Below are positions 23,601-34,474 of a stretch of 64,000 bases of DNA, piece after piece (within the stretch, counting starts at the first letter, position 1; every line of letters begins with the position of its first letter). Below the pieces are notes generated by a model. It saw only the letters and a list, made by a program, of their open reading frames with translations. It made no database searches and was not told the DNA's origin. This DNA is from Ascidiella aspersa (Eukaryota). Where the stretch lies: contig OZ004607.1 of assembly GCA_963924565.1 (NCBI GenBank), forward strand, positions 32,550,001 to 32,614,000. The letters are read 5' to 3'. The position numbers were made by a program, and so were the translations under genes.

Positions 23601-26072
23601 CTTAACAGTTGACTTGGGTAAGTAACCAAGGCGATAATTTAATCCCAGTTTCATGTTGGTCTTACCACACACACATTACATAACATGAAGGGAGTATTTT
23701 TGCAATAAACCTATCCTAATTTATAACAAACACTTACCCAACATTGGAATTGTGAAACTATTGCAGAGTAGTTAGATGAGGCGACAATCTTGTCTTGTTC
23801 GTTTTCTTGTACGGTGACATAAAACCCAAAATCACTTGTCTGAAGCAATACCTTTCCCTCCTATGAAAGGAAGTATTTTTTAAAATACTCGAAGTCAGCC
23901 AAATAAATATACATAACATTTTTCTGTTAAATTATAACTAATATTTCGGGTTTGGCCGATATTTACTATGAAAATATGACATAGTTTTTCATGAAATTAA
24001 AAAAAATCTCATAGAGTTCAATAAATATAGGTAAATAAAATGAAATGTTATTTGGATTTTCTTTCACACTAATTTAAATTATTATCCATCTGAAATTATC
24101 AAACTGTGTTGCCTTATCCCACAAAAAGTGTTTAACCTTGATATGGGTGTAAAAATTATAGCCTCGGGGGACAATATCATATAGCAGTTTATAAAGTGCT
24201 ATAACAAACATTACGCCTAGATGCCTGTTAACAAATTGTGTGTGGGTCTAAATTATCCCTGTGTGACTTTCATTGTAAATTAATTCATTATACCTAATAA
24301 ATACATCAGCCAAGGTTAACATAAATAGGTTTTTAAGGCGGTTAAACATGAATGCCTAAATTGAATATAACTCAAGTACAATGGGCAATATATCAACAGG
24401 TATTACCTAGATTGCTATAAGGCATGAGGACAAGTTTAAGTGCCAACCTTTGGAATAACATACAAAAATGGGTATTGAACAAACTTACAAATATTTATTC
24501 TATAAAAATACCTTATGATCAAATTCAAAGGGTTTGACAAAAGTATAAGTGAAATTACATTTAAGAATTAACTAAAACAATATTATGTTTTTTCATTTTA
24601 GGCAAATACATTTTATAGACCATTTGAAAGGTTTTCCCTATTTTTAGGTAAATAATATCATGAGTATGTTAAAACAGAACATTTTTTTCTTTTTCATTAC
24701 CACATAGTCTTTGCTTATCTTGAGGTCCTTTACGGATTTGATAAGTGGTGGATGGATTCCTTCACGCAAACCATAAATCAAAGTTCCAAATCGATTCTGA
24801 AAATACATTAAAACATTTTTTGAATAAACTAAAATTCCATGCAACAATATATATATATATAAAAACTGACTAGAAAATACCCCTGTACTTAGAAGGTTTC
24901 TTTAAGATTAATCAAAGATGTGTTATCCTAATAAAACACCAAACAACAAAATCAGGGCTAATCCCAACCTACATTACTTCATATATATATTAAATAGGAT
25001 TACAGATTACAACAGGGTTATTACGATAGTAATCAGCTTCAACCTTGGCCAGTTTAATTTATAGTAGATAATAAAACTACAAATCAGTGCACATGCTCAT
25101 AACTGCAGGTAGTTGGTATGAGAAATCATTTAGAGACCCTCTAATCCTTAAGCATAAACTATCGGCCATATAACAAAGTTTCAAACAAAGGGTTGCTGAA
25201 ATGTTGATAATAATTTGTAACCTGCTGACTGGCTAATGCAATGTTTAAATCTTGCAGCCAGGCCTCGACCAGTACTGGTGTGTTGCCTTGTGCACTGAGA
25301 AACAACCAGCTGAAGATCTGGTTCACCCAGGCTAAATCAGTAACCGGTTCATCATCTGAAATTGGAAGTTTGGCTTTTTTGTCAGTAAATTTTAAAATAC
25401 TTATTTTCTTGAGAAGCCTTTGGAAAACTTGCGATACACTCAGCAACAGAAAATTTACTAATTTTTATTAACTTGTTTATTTGTTTGTATCCAAAAATCA
25501 CAGCCAAATGCTACATTTTTTGTAATAATGAGTTTGAATGCCCATGTTAGGTTTAATAAAATAATGATTGCATGCATTTTACTACCACACTAGAGTTCAG
25601 GTACAAAGCAAAACCATTGTATGACACTTTTTGAAAATTAAACAGCGCATAAGGGCATTGCAAGATGCAGTTTGAGAATCTCTGGTTTAACCATAGAATA
25701 TTAAACATACCATAAATAACTGAGTTAGTCTTTAACTTACCAACTTTTACTTTCTTTTCTGTTCTTTGTTCACGTCTATGAAAAATAAAATAAATATGTA
25801 ATAAAACAAGGCTGTTTTGAAGATAAATTAATTAGGAGATAATAAGGCACTGATCAGAACCACATATAAATCTAAACAACATAGGTAAAGGACAAACATA
25901 TAGCAACTTACTTGGCTTGTCTGTACAGCAAGTATATAACAATAAGCGCCACTCCAACCAAAATAGCATTTGCAATAGGAAACCACTCATTGTCAGCCAG
26001 CTTGCTGTAGCCACCTTGAGTGCTGGAAACGGTTTGAAGAAAGTTTTGAAGAATTGTAGTGAAAATGGCCAT
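5628..26072 (-). CDS. C2CD2L: C2CD2/C2CD2L (TMEM24)-family ER-anchored SMP + C2 domain lipid-transfer protein, 21 coding exons, about 816 aa
   Basis: Frame-consistent GT-AG exons: 26072-25912, 25775-25741, 25355-25222, 24796-24701, 23860-23738, 23344-23216, 22206-22050, 21774-21673, 20959-20783, 18540-18461, 17702-17603, 17141-17035, 15169-15080, 14728-14673, 14157-14089, 13578-13508, 12930-12812, 11298-11178, 7621-7520, 7000-6908, 5956-5628. Product has an N-terminal TM (FPIANAILVGVALIVIYLLY), SMP start (LAWVNQIFSWLF...LVEAWLQDLN), a C2 domain (KRLLVKVLKL...VCHVALNLPKQ...GSMVVEFSVME), the family motif VAEAALQDLS...KKTRIVITSI, and a polybasic tail. C2CD2 versus C2CD2L orthology cannot be resolved by eye. 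Confidence 0.8.
6023..6262. mobile_element. PIF/Harbinger-like MITE in the last intron of the C2CD2L-like gene
   Basis: TIR GGCCCGTTTACATTACAGCTGCGCTGAGCTGAGC pairs with GCTCAGGTCAGAGCAGCTGTAGTGTAAGCGGGCC. Left flank is TAA; right flank is TTT (degenerate). Confidence 0.7.
7833..8117. mobile_element. hAT (Charlie/Buster-like) MITE
   Basis: Ends CAGTGGTTTTCAAACT and AGTTTCAGAACCACTG. The 8-bp flanks TTGTATAG and CTGTACAG match at 6/8. Confidence 0.7.
8432..9176. mobile_element. 745-bp foldback hAT-like element with about 260-bp inverted arms
   Basis: Arms 8432-8689 and 8912-9176 are near-perfect reverse complements starting TAGGGTTGTTCAAAAAAAC. Exact 8-bp TSD TTGTATAC at 8424-8431 and 9177-9184. 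A second inner inverted pair lies at 8693-8723 and 8839-8869. Confidence 0.92.
9528..10414. mobile_element. PIF/Harbinger-like non-autonomous element carrying a nested, decayed Merlin-like MITE
   Basis: TIR GCCCGTTTATATGCAC pairs with GTGCATATAAACAGGC. Flanks are TAA and TTA. Subterminal CCGGATT motifs occur near both ends. Confidence 0.6.
9821..9955. mobile_element. Decayed copy of the GGCGCTGGTCTAGAATCC MITE family
   Basis: GGGGCTGGTCTAGAATCTAC...ATACTTGGCCCACCCTCACCCAAA...TGTGGTAGGATTTTAGGCAAGCGCC matches the copies at 39553 and 40039, with internal deletions. Confidence 0.7.
14302..14551. mobile_element. hAT-like MITE
   Basis: Ends CAGGGTTTCTTAACC and GGTTAACACCACTG. TTCTACTAT is duplicated on both flanks. 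Confidence 0.6.
14774..14930. repeat. Diverged direct duplication of about 45 bp
   Basis: ACGTTAGCTATGGAACGCTTCGTGCGTTAGGCGCCATTTATGG versus ACGTTAGTTGTGGAACGCTTATATCGTTGGGCGCCATTTTTGG, about 110 bp apart. Confidence 0.65.
19061..19376. mobile_element. hAT (Buster/Charlie-like) MITE
   Basis: Exact 8-bp TSD CACTATGT on both sides. Subterminal CGGCCCGC motifs. Ends TAGTGTCCTGGGCAA and TTGCCGATCCCTA. Confidence 0.75.
20991..21400. repeat. Diverged tandem duplication of about 200 bp in an intron
   Basis: The motif series TCGACTTT...AAATGGT...GTTCGTTTTTA...TTTTGTTG..CTTAACC(C)GC...GAAAAT...TCTT(A/G)TGTA occurs twice in the same order. Confidence 0.55.
22475..22778. mobile_element. Decayed hAT-like MITE with ATCGG-type subterminal motifs
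   Basis: Starts TAGGGTTGTAACGGTGCCGATCCGAC and ends ATCGGGATCGG...GTCGGGCATCTC. No clean TSD. Confidence 0.4.
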
Positions 26073-26396
26073 GATGGTTCACAGTAGCATCATACAAAAA
26101 TACACCAAAGGAAGGTTCAATGGCTTGCTACAGAGGTGAAATTATGGTAAGCTTACCTAAGCTGCATTCTGCAAAAAAATGGCAGTGTTTAAATCCAACA
26201 ACAAAGGAGGCAGTGTAGGATAACTTACACAGCACAAATAAGAGAACCAAAGGCATTACACTTACAAAGTCACAACAATGCATGTTGCACTTAAAGCACC
26301 AATTAAAAGAATGCGAAAAGTAATGCAGCACTATCACAAAAAAAAGAGTTGGCAAATACACAACATGATACTACCAATACCGACAATTGGGAATGT

Positions 26397-26422
26397 CTAA
26401 CGTTTTAATAAATTTGTTTATT
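26397..26422 (-). promoter_or_regulatory. Candidate POLR1B polyadenylation signal(s) with an adjacent AG acceptor
   Basis: The minus strand reads GTT AAA TAA ACAAATTTATTAAAACGTTAG|AC. AATAAA (26422-26417) overlaps the stop codon, ATTAAA is at 26409-26404 and AG is at 26398-26397, followed by GU/U-rich sequence. Confidence 0.5.
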
Positions 26423-29400
26423 TAACACCTAAAATAGTTTTAATGTTCATTGCTGCAAGTTCGTTTACGAGATAGCGATGGACAAAGGGAATTTCGACGA
26501 GAGCCATGTGGGCCCCAGTTTTACAAGTCGTGCAGAAGTACTGCTTTGCGCTTTTGTTGTTGCCCGGAATCACGGAGGTAACCAAGGTCGGTGACTGGAT
26601 GCTACCGCATTTTTTACACACATACGCCTGCGAGTAGTCGGAGGTGGACAGGATTCGATCGTGAAAAAGCATGATGCAGCCTTGTGCAAGCAAAGCGTCC
26701 CGTTCCATTTCACCCAGACGTATGCCACCGGCACGTTTTCGCCCCTTGATGGGCTGCTGTGTTATCTGATCTACAGGCCCGGTCGTCCTGACTTGAAACT
26801 TGTCGGAGACCATGTGACGCAATCGCTGGTAATACACAATTCCGATGAAAATTTCTGCCTCGAGTTCAAGACCACTCACTCCGCTGTACATCTTCTCAGT
26901 TCCGTAATAGTTAAAGCCTGATTTGGTTAGAAGTTCGCCAAACTGGTCGATAGCAGGGCTGTCTTCCGTGTAGGAGAATGGTGTGGCATCGTAACAGTGG
27001 CCATTAAGGGCAGCTGACTTTCCAGCCATGCTCTCAATCATCATACCAATGGTCATACGCGATGGAAAGCCGTGGGGATTGAAAATAATATCAGGGTACA
27101 TGCCGCCTTCTGTGAAGGGTAGACTCTCCATGGGCCACATCTGAGAGCATACTCCTTTCTGACCATGTCTGCTGGCAAATTTGTCACCAATGATCGGATT
27201 TCTGTTTACACTGAGGAAAACACTTATCCTGTTGAAGTGGCCCTTTCCGCTTCCGTCACTGAGCACTCTTACACATTCAACAAACGCATCTTCTTGACCC
27301 TTGAACTTCTGCACTTTCATTTCGCCAGTGTCGTGGTTAATGTAACTGTAGTAATCACAGCCATCGGTCAGTCGTTGTCCGACAAAGGGAAGCCCGTCCA
27401 TCCCTATCGTCAATGTGGTAGTTCTTGGATCTTTGGGGTTCACTCCGAAAGTGGTATTTATGGACCTGTCACCCACCTTTTTACCCAGGTCAATCAGCTC
27501 TGTGTGGTAGATGCGGCTGTGAGCGAAACCTCTCTCCAAGGTTCCCTTGTTGAGAATCATGGCATCTTCCATGTCATAACCTGTGTAGCTGATCACAGCC
27601 ACGACAGCATTTGTGCCAAACGGATAGTTGTCCATCTTGTAGTGATCGTACATGTGTGGACGTACTAGGCATGTCTGTGGCGTCTGTACCCTGTACAGCT
27701 TGTGGTCAGCGCGATAGGCAATAGCTTGGCATGGTGTTCCCATGGTTTGCTTACCCATCTGGCATTGATACATGTTTCTTGGCGACTGATTGAAATCAGA
27801 GTATGGGGTTAAGGATGCAACTGTGCTCAGAATGGAATGCTGTGTCAACTCCTGGTGGGTGGTTTTAGAGTGAGCTTCATCTGGAATAATACAAATGTCC
27901 ATGTACACCTGTTCAAAGGTGCCAATCATCTCAACTGTGCCTGTACTTAAATTGACAACAGGTCGTACAAGTCTGGCTTCCTCAGAAAGAAAATAAAGGC
28001 CAGGATACTGAGTTGCCTTGCCAGTATATTCAACTAGGCATATCTCAAGAGTGGAAGGAATCTTGTCAGTACCTTGGACCTTCTTTAACCTCATCGCATT
28101 GGCTGCTGACTGTGCAAGATCAGTTGGTATCCAGCCAATCAGTCGCCCGTCAAAGATAACTGGGTAAAAAGCACCCTCTCCATGGACATCGCTACACTGC
28201 GGGCTCACCATACCAAGTTGATACAGGAGTGGCTCAGTGTGGCTGGCATTGCATTGGTGGGTGACGACCTCACACAAGTATGACATATGGTTCATGAGGC
28301 CGCACGGCGAGCCATCCGGTGTGTGTACTGGACAGAGAAATCCAGAGGATTCGGGAAGCAGCTTACGAACTTCTGTGGTTCGCATTTGGGCAAAGAAAGC
28401 ACCTCGATGAACGCAGCGAAAATGTGAGACGTACCTCATAAAGTTAAGCTTATCGGCAATGATAGCCAAGCCCGAAAACTGCATTAAACCAAGGCCGGTG
28501 TTTGAAACTAAGTTTCCGGTGGCTAGAAGATAGCCCATTGACGATGTTATGTCACTGACCCTTGACATGCAATTCTGAACTTCGAGAGCATTCAGAGACA
28601 GGCGATAGTTTGCGGTGGACTGGGTTTGAGCAAACTTTTTGGTCACCACCCGGCTGAGCATAAGTAACCAAAGCTGGAGTTTTTCTTTAAGTGTCATTTG
28701 AATCAAATGGCCAGGTAGTAGAACTTCTTGATTTTGGACAGAATCAGCTGAATCTGGCATGCATTTTCCAGCAGCGATATTGAATACTTTCCTCACCATG
28801 AGGCAAAGCAGTCTAAATTTATCTTCGTTGTCACCTAAGTGAATAAGAACATGGTGTTTCAGCAGAAATCTGCCAATATCGATATCATTGTACCACTCTG
28901 CCCGGTTCAGTTTTATTCTGAATTTTTCGCCGAGAAATCTGAGGAAATCTTTTTGGGTGGTCAAGTTCATTGATCTTGCTTGCCTCAGCATATTCTGAAT
29001 GCATCCAGTGAAGTAAGTGTCGTCTTCCATTGTTTTACAAAGCTCCTCGTAAATTTCCATATCGCTGAAAGGTACAAGGGCTTTAACCAACAGCATCAGT
29101 GGTAGAAAGAACATTTCTTTCCTGTGAAAAATGCACAGGATTATAGAACCATTGTTGAGATAATGCATAACCAAGTTGGCAGTGGTTTGGTCCTTGGTCA
29201 TCGAGCGCATTGTTATGCCAAATTCGGAGTAATGTCTGCCTCTGTTCTTCCATGAATTTCTCACAATTCCGACCGGATAGTTTCTCCTTTGCATGATCAG
29301 CATCCTTATGACCTTTTCGTTTCCGTTGATTACAAAGTACCCACCCATTTCCTCCGCCTCTTCTTGCTTTTCAATCAACTGCTTTGGTGACAATCCGTGA

Positions 29401-29849
29401 AGATTGCAGCACACCGACTTGACCATAATCGGAATACTACCGATACTTTGAGATATTGTTCCCTGCTTAACACCATCTAACGAATAAGCAATGGTGACTT
29501 GCAGTTTGCCTTGATAAGTGGAGCCACGCTGGCGACATTCTGACGGATACACTTGCACAGTTCTGCAGTTACGAACGCTATCGTCCACTTTTGGTTTGTC
29601 AATAGACCCGTCGACAAACGAAATTGAGAATCGTTTTCCGTTCACTATCGATTCCATTGGAACAATAGACTTCACCATGAGTTTTATTCCATCTGTTACG
29701 AGCCAGTTAAAAGAGTCAACATGCGGCTTTGTGAGATCCTGCAATGCTTTGTGCTGTTTATCCGGAGGCCTCCCATAATCTTGGGTCAGATTTTTCAGAG
29801 AGGGCTTGTTGACAGCGGGCATCTTTGAATCAATTGTTATAACAGGCAT
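26418..29849 (-). CDS. POLR1B: DNA-directed RNA polymerase I second-largest subunit (RPA2/RPA135), intronless CDS
   Basis: One uninterrupted ORF with PSLKNLT...HVDSFN, GGYFVINGNEKVIR, VRKLLPES.GFLCPVHTPDGSPCGL, NQSPRNMYQCQMGKQ, YTGYDMEDAM, GDKFASRHGQKG, GGIRLGEMERD and a C-terminal Zn ribbon (CKKC...CTTC). The first ATG is at 29849 (1143 aa). The ATG at 29822 (1134 aa) fits the vertebrate N-terminus better. The ORF-track start at 29882 is a TTG. Confidence 0.97.
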   Translation of the reverse strand: MPVITIDSKMPAVNKPSLKNLTQDYGRPPDKQHKALQDLTKPHVDSFNWLVTDGIKLMVKSIVPMESIVNGKRFSISFVDGSIDKPKVDDSVRNCRTVQVYPSECRQRGSTYQGKLQVTIAYSLDGVKQGTISQSIGSIPIMVKSVCCNLHGLSPKQLIEKQEEAEEMGGYFVINGNEKVIRMLIMQRRNYPVGIVRNSWKNRGRHYSEFGITMRSMTKDQTTANLVMHYLNNGSIILCIFHRKEMFFLPLMLLVKALVPFSDMEIYEELCKTMEDDTYFTGCIQNMLRQARSMNLTTQKDFLRFLGEKFRIKLNRAEWYNDIDIGRFLLKHHVLIHLGDNEDKFRLLCLMVRKVFNIAAGKCMPDSADSVQNQEVLLPGHLIQMTLKEKLQLWLLMLSRVVTKKFAQTQSTANYRLSLNALEVQNCMSRVSDITSSMGYLLATGNLVSNTGLGLMQFSGLAIIADKLNFMRYVSHFRCVHRGAFFAQMRTTEVRKLLPESSGFLCPVHTPDGSPCGLMNHMSYLCEVVTHQCNASHTEPLLYQLGMVSPQCSDVHGEGAFYPVIFDGRLIGWIPTDLAQSAANAMRLKKVQGTDKIPSTLEICLVEYTGKATQYPGLYFLSEEARLVRPVVNLSTGTVEMIGTFEQVYMDICIIPDEAHSKTTHQELTQHSILSTVASLTPYSDFNQSPRNMYQCQMGKQTMGTPCQAIAYRADHKLYRVQTPQTCLVRPHMYDHYKMDNYPFGTNAVVAVISYTGYDMEDAMILNKGTLERGFAHSRIYHTELIDLGKKVGDRSINTTFGVNPKDPRTTTLTIGMDGLPFVGQRLTDGCDYYSYINHDTGEMKVQKFKGQEDAFVECVRVLSDGSGKGHFNRISVFLSVNRNPIIGDKFASRHGQKGVCSQMWPMESLPFTEGGMYPDIIFNPHGFPSRMTIGMMIESMAGKSAALNGHCYDATPFSYTEDSPAIDQFGELLTKSGFNYYGTEKMYSGVSGLELEAEIFIGIVYYQRLRHMVSDKFQVRTTGPVDQITQQPIKGRKRAGGIRLGEMERDALLAQGCIMLFHDRILSTSDYSQAYVCKKCGSIQSPTLVTSVIPGNNKSAKQYFCTTCKTGAHMALVEIPFVHRYLVNELAAMNIKTILGVK

Positions 29850-32708
29850 TTTCTTATTTGAGATACACTTTATAATTGGCAAGAATATAGATAAAGATTT
29901 AACATATTATAACGCCTAATTATATACGTTACCCATAGTTATACAAGTATAGATTTATGCCAACTTGAAGAATCGTGATATTAATGAACAACATAAGTAA
30001 CCAAAAATTACACTTTTACGGGAACGTTGACGATTACAAATTGAGATTCTCACAAAACTCACGCACAACTACCGCAATAAGGTTTTATAAAATAATTTGT
30101 GGCTCTCTAAAGTGTAATTAAAAGGTATCCTGTTGGGACAATGCAAAATCATAACCAAACCTCTATACCTACAACAAACTGCTTGATGCTCAACTGTCGT
30201 TCTTCTAAACTAAATAACAAAAACCATGCCTCACAGAGACACAAGAACCACAACAATAGTGCACATGTGCCTTTTAGTGGCTACTCACTGTGAAAAAAAT
30301 TGGAATAATACACCGGCGTTCAGTGATGCATGAAGTAGTTATAGCCAAAAAATGTAATATTATCGTCTGTAAAAAGTATGATATAAACGTGGTCACCGTT
30401 AAAAAATCGTGCCTTTGATAACAAAAACAGGTGGTCATCAACAAAATACATATTAAGGCACTGGCAATCAGAACCTTAAACCAATTTCAATCGATTTACT
30501 TGTCTCGTTGTGTCTGAACAACGGCTAAATGTGTAGGGCGTGTAGGCTTTTAGGTGTAGGTGTTGTTTGCATTGGGGACAAACTCCATATCAAATAGGTT
30601 TCCTGGCTGAATCAATATTGATAAAAAGTCGCCCGCGATACGACCGAATAGCAGACAATTGGATAGAACACTGTAAATCTTTTTTTGAATAAGTTGCTAA
30701 ATTTACTAGTTATACCTTTCTACACAGGATGTGTATTTAGGTTTTTGTAAACTTTGTAAACGTTTTATGCTACAACCCTGTCCACTTTGAATTGGTCCAC
30801 ATCTTGTCAAAGCAATAAAGTCTTCCTTATTTACAAACATAACCTTTGAACGTGGACGCTACATTTACAAAGGTAAAAAGTTTTTTAGTGCTTGGCGTGA
30901 AAGTCACGCAACAATAATGACGATTAGGCCCTAATATTCGTCGCATTTTGACGGGTAACAATCTTACTCCAATTAACCTGCCTAGTAGGCTACTACAAAA
31001 TTCGTTAACCGGACCCGAAGAAAAACTCCTTTAGCTTCAAAATAACCTATCCAATATTTGCATGTAAAACTCAATCCTAGTTATGCTGTTATTACGCAAT
31101 AATAAATTTAAATGCACCTGTAAGGCGGAAAGGTTATTCAGCTAGAAATATGACATTGTCCTGCTACACTAATTGGCTGGTCAGCTAAAATCGTGCAGCG
31201 AAAAGGCCTTATAAATAAAGCGTTAAAAGTTCAACCCAGTACGTCGTGAAACGTGAAATGGCTAGGGTGACTCAAACCGCAATTATCTAGGTTCTCAGAA
31301 CGTTTTCGGTGATCAATCTCGACAAGTTAACCCCTAAACTGTTTGGCGTTATTGCTGTTAAAATTGAGATGTTGTTAAAATGATTTTGTTCTTTCGAAGA
31401 TGTTTTGACACGCTATTAAATGGAGTATAGCGCAACCTGTATACTTTTGGGATTATAAGTAGCTCGTTTGGCTAAACTAAAACCGTTTTTCGGTCATGTT
31501 GGCCAAGTGATGACCTTTATACATCGCTATAATATTATAATTTGGTTAATATAAGTTCAATACAGATAATCGAGCTTTAATAGTTGTGAAGACAGCGAGC
31601 TTTCATAGTTGATCTGTCATCCTCGCGATTGCCTACACTCAAGAGTACGGTACGCTATTAGCCTAGGCCTAACCTATCACAAAATGCTACCATACTGCTG
31701 TTGATGTGACGTATTTATGCTATTTATAGGGAGTCTCGTTGAGAACATTTTGGGCAATAATGACATCATAGATGTCGCTCTTATTCTAACATTTGGATTC
31801 CGGGTAGGCCTAACCTTGACCCCGGAAAACATGTTTCTTACACTGAAAACATATAGTCCTATATGTGGAAGCACAAAAACATTCATTAAGGTGTTATTCT
31901 TAGTATAATTTTTTTGCACCAGTAAACTAAAACATACATATAGCCTATACATGTGACGTTAAGCTATAATGTTTCCTTAGCTATAACGCTTCGTTTCTCG
32001 CGATTTCCTTAAAAAAAGTTTTCAGCACCTGCGAGAAACTCACGAAAATATTCAGGATTGACGACACAGAGTTAAATTATTACGTTACAAGAAATTATGT
32101 CTCTGTTTCAAGAGGCTACGTCTTTACTCCATTTTCATAAATTTTTTTTAGCCCAAATAAGACGTCCTGCTTCGCATTGCATCCTTGAAAATAAATTTTG
32201 GGGCAACTTAACAATATATATAGGCGTATTTCGTCTATAATAGTGATTCGATAGCAAACCAGTTTTACCGCGTTAGGGCTATATAATCGGAAAACTGCTT
32301 TGCTCTACGCCCGAATCTTTATAGCTAGCCTATTTATATATTTACCAAAATTAGTAGTAACGTTTTAATCTGAAAACGCCCTGAATAGACCTGTAATACC
32401 ATTACCGGTATCTAATTAACACTTCTCCAACTTTAACGTTTATAGCCTACAAGATCGACGCAGTAAACCTTTTTTTGTTTGGCGCAAATTGTGCGATGTT
32501 GTTTTGTGAAAATAACCAGCGGTTGAAGTAAATGGCTTACAACTAGGTTTACGAAACACCTCGATTAATAAATTAATACGTCACGTCTCTTCTTAATGAA
32601 AGTCTGGCAATTTGAATATAATAAACGCTTTTTTTCTCAAGCGATCAGGTATGCAAATGACTTGCTGGTAAAATTTATTCGACAAAATTGTTTTTATTTG
32701 GTTTAAAC

Positions 32709-33766
32709 CCGGGGCGTGCAACCTGCGGCCCGCGGAACCAAAATATGTGGCCCGCGGTGAGCTTTGGTTTTTGGCCCGCACCACTAAACATTTAGGTAAC
32801 TGTTGAAATATTGAAACTTCCTGACTGTTCCTTAGTCTAGGTCGCCTTATAGAGCATTTACATTTTTAGTTCATTAGAATTAGAATAGAATGTGACCTGC
32901 TAACAAAATAAAACTACAAAATGTGTTTTGGATGCTGTTGCTGAAAGTGTACAACTTTGTGTGAAAGTGAATTGCACTGAGCGCTGCAATTTTGTTGTTC
33001 TTGCTTTCGAATAGCTACTTATGGCCATGTAAAGAAAGCATATTAAAAATGTCCGTTTGATCTTTTTTGCTCATTTGAAATGCAATTTCAATGTTCATGT
33101 GGGTTGTAAAACAAAGAAACAAAAAAAAGAAAAAAAATTGTCGCTGTTTCCACAGCTGAGAAAATTTGTCGCTTTTAAGGTGGCATTGTTCGGTTCAACG
33201 TACGTGTGTGAGCATTTTTTTGTGGTAGTCACTAACACAGTGGTAGGCCAACTGTGGACCGCGAGTTATTTTTGAATAGCTTGGTGTTGTCATGTACCGT
33301 ATGGTTGTTGGCCGCATGATAGCCGTACATTCATTGCACTTTATTTTAACAATTGGTGTGGCATATAATGCTTTAAATTGGCTGAGTTGGAAAGACCCAC
33401 GTGCCAAATGTGGTCTTGTGAGCCTGTAAAACTATATTTTCTGCCAACTTTAACTCTATATGTAAACGCAAATTTTTCGCGCTTCGCGCGAATATTCTCT
33501 TTTTTATATAATGTTTTATAATATAGCATGGCAGTGTTTTGGATATTAAGCGCCGTAGAATATTTCACCTTAAAACCAAATATCCCCCTGAATCCGCCAC
33601 TGTTTTTGTAGTGGTTTTACGTAGCTCTGAAAAGACTACTTTGGGCCGCAACAAAAAGTTTGCCGACCACTGCGCTAACAGGCAGACGACGAGATATGCA
33701 AGTGGCCCGTGGTCTAATCCGAATACACATATTTGGCCCGGCAGTATGAAAGGTTGCACGCCCCTG
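32709..33766 (+). mobile_element. hAT Buster/SPIN-like deletion derivative retaining a transposase C-terminal fragment
   Basis: TIR CCGGGGCGTGCAACCT pairs with AGGTTGCACGCCCCTG. Exact TSD GTTTAAAC. Subterminal GGCCCG motifs. About 33145-33222 translates as FPQLRKFVAFKVALFGSTYVCEHFF, the hAT dimerisation motif FGSTYxCE. Confidence 0.88.
33238..33672. mobile_element. Second hAT MITE nested inside the Buster-like element
   Basis: Ends CAGTGGTAGGCCAACT and AGTTTGCCGACCACTG. TSD CACTAACA / CGCTAACA matches at 7/8. Confidence 0.8.
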
Positions 33767-34464
33767 GTTTAAACGATACGTGATACGCATTAGCCAAATA
33801 TAAGAGATTCGCCTATCATGATCTACTTAAAACAAATTGCTCTTTCTTAAATTCATCTGGCAAACATGTCATAGTTAATTTTAGATTTAAGTGGCGCAAC
33901 ATGCCTTATCTATAACGTAGCATATAGTCTATGCATAGCAGTTTTGGGCTGATCTGATTTTCACAAAACAGAAAAAACATAGCAAAATCGGAAAGAGGTT
34001 AAAATATTGTATTTACATGGTAAAAGTTATCCAAAATTTTTGGGGGGCCGGATTCAGCTGGCGATTATGGCCTGGTTCCGCCCCTGACACCGCAACTGTT
34101 TGTGACCATTTTTAAAAACTCAATGTGTTTGGGTCCCCTACAACTACTCCGCCCTAAACCTGTATCTCTTTGTTAAACTACTAAATTTAAATATCAATCG
34201 ACAGCTGAAAATTTTGCTCACCCCAAAACAGGCAACTTCCTAAACTGAATATTGTCGCCGATTTTGACTACGAAATACAAAAAAAAGTTTTGCTCTGCGC
34301 GAAACTGGAAAATGAAAAGTACGAGAGATGACCTTCTCGACCTGGAAGTGTTGAAAGTGTACCTTAGTATGATGAACAACGCGGTAATTTGGTTATCTGC
34401 TGTTTAAACTGTGTCTTTATAATCCGTTGTTGAAGCAGTTTAAAGTGAATGTCCGAAATTAGGA

Positions 34465-34474
34465 GTCACGTGAC
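34465..34474. promoter_or_regulatory. Perfect palindromic E-box GTCACGTGAC (MiT/TFE CLEAR or USF type) in the likely BTBD9 upstream region
   Basis: Exact 10-bp motif about 1.6 kb upstream of the BTBD9 ATG. Function is not demonstrated. Confidence 0.35.

Noticed and set aside
26661-29778. Plus-strand ORFs 26661-26921, 27165-27668 and 29518-29778
   Set aside because: Antisense shadows of the POLR1B coding sequence with no recognisable motifs.
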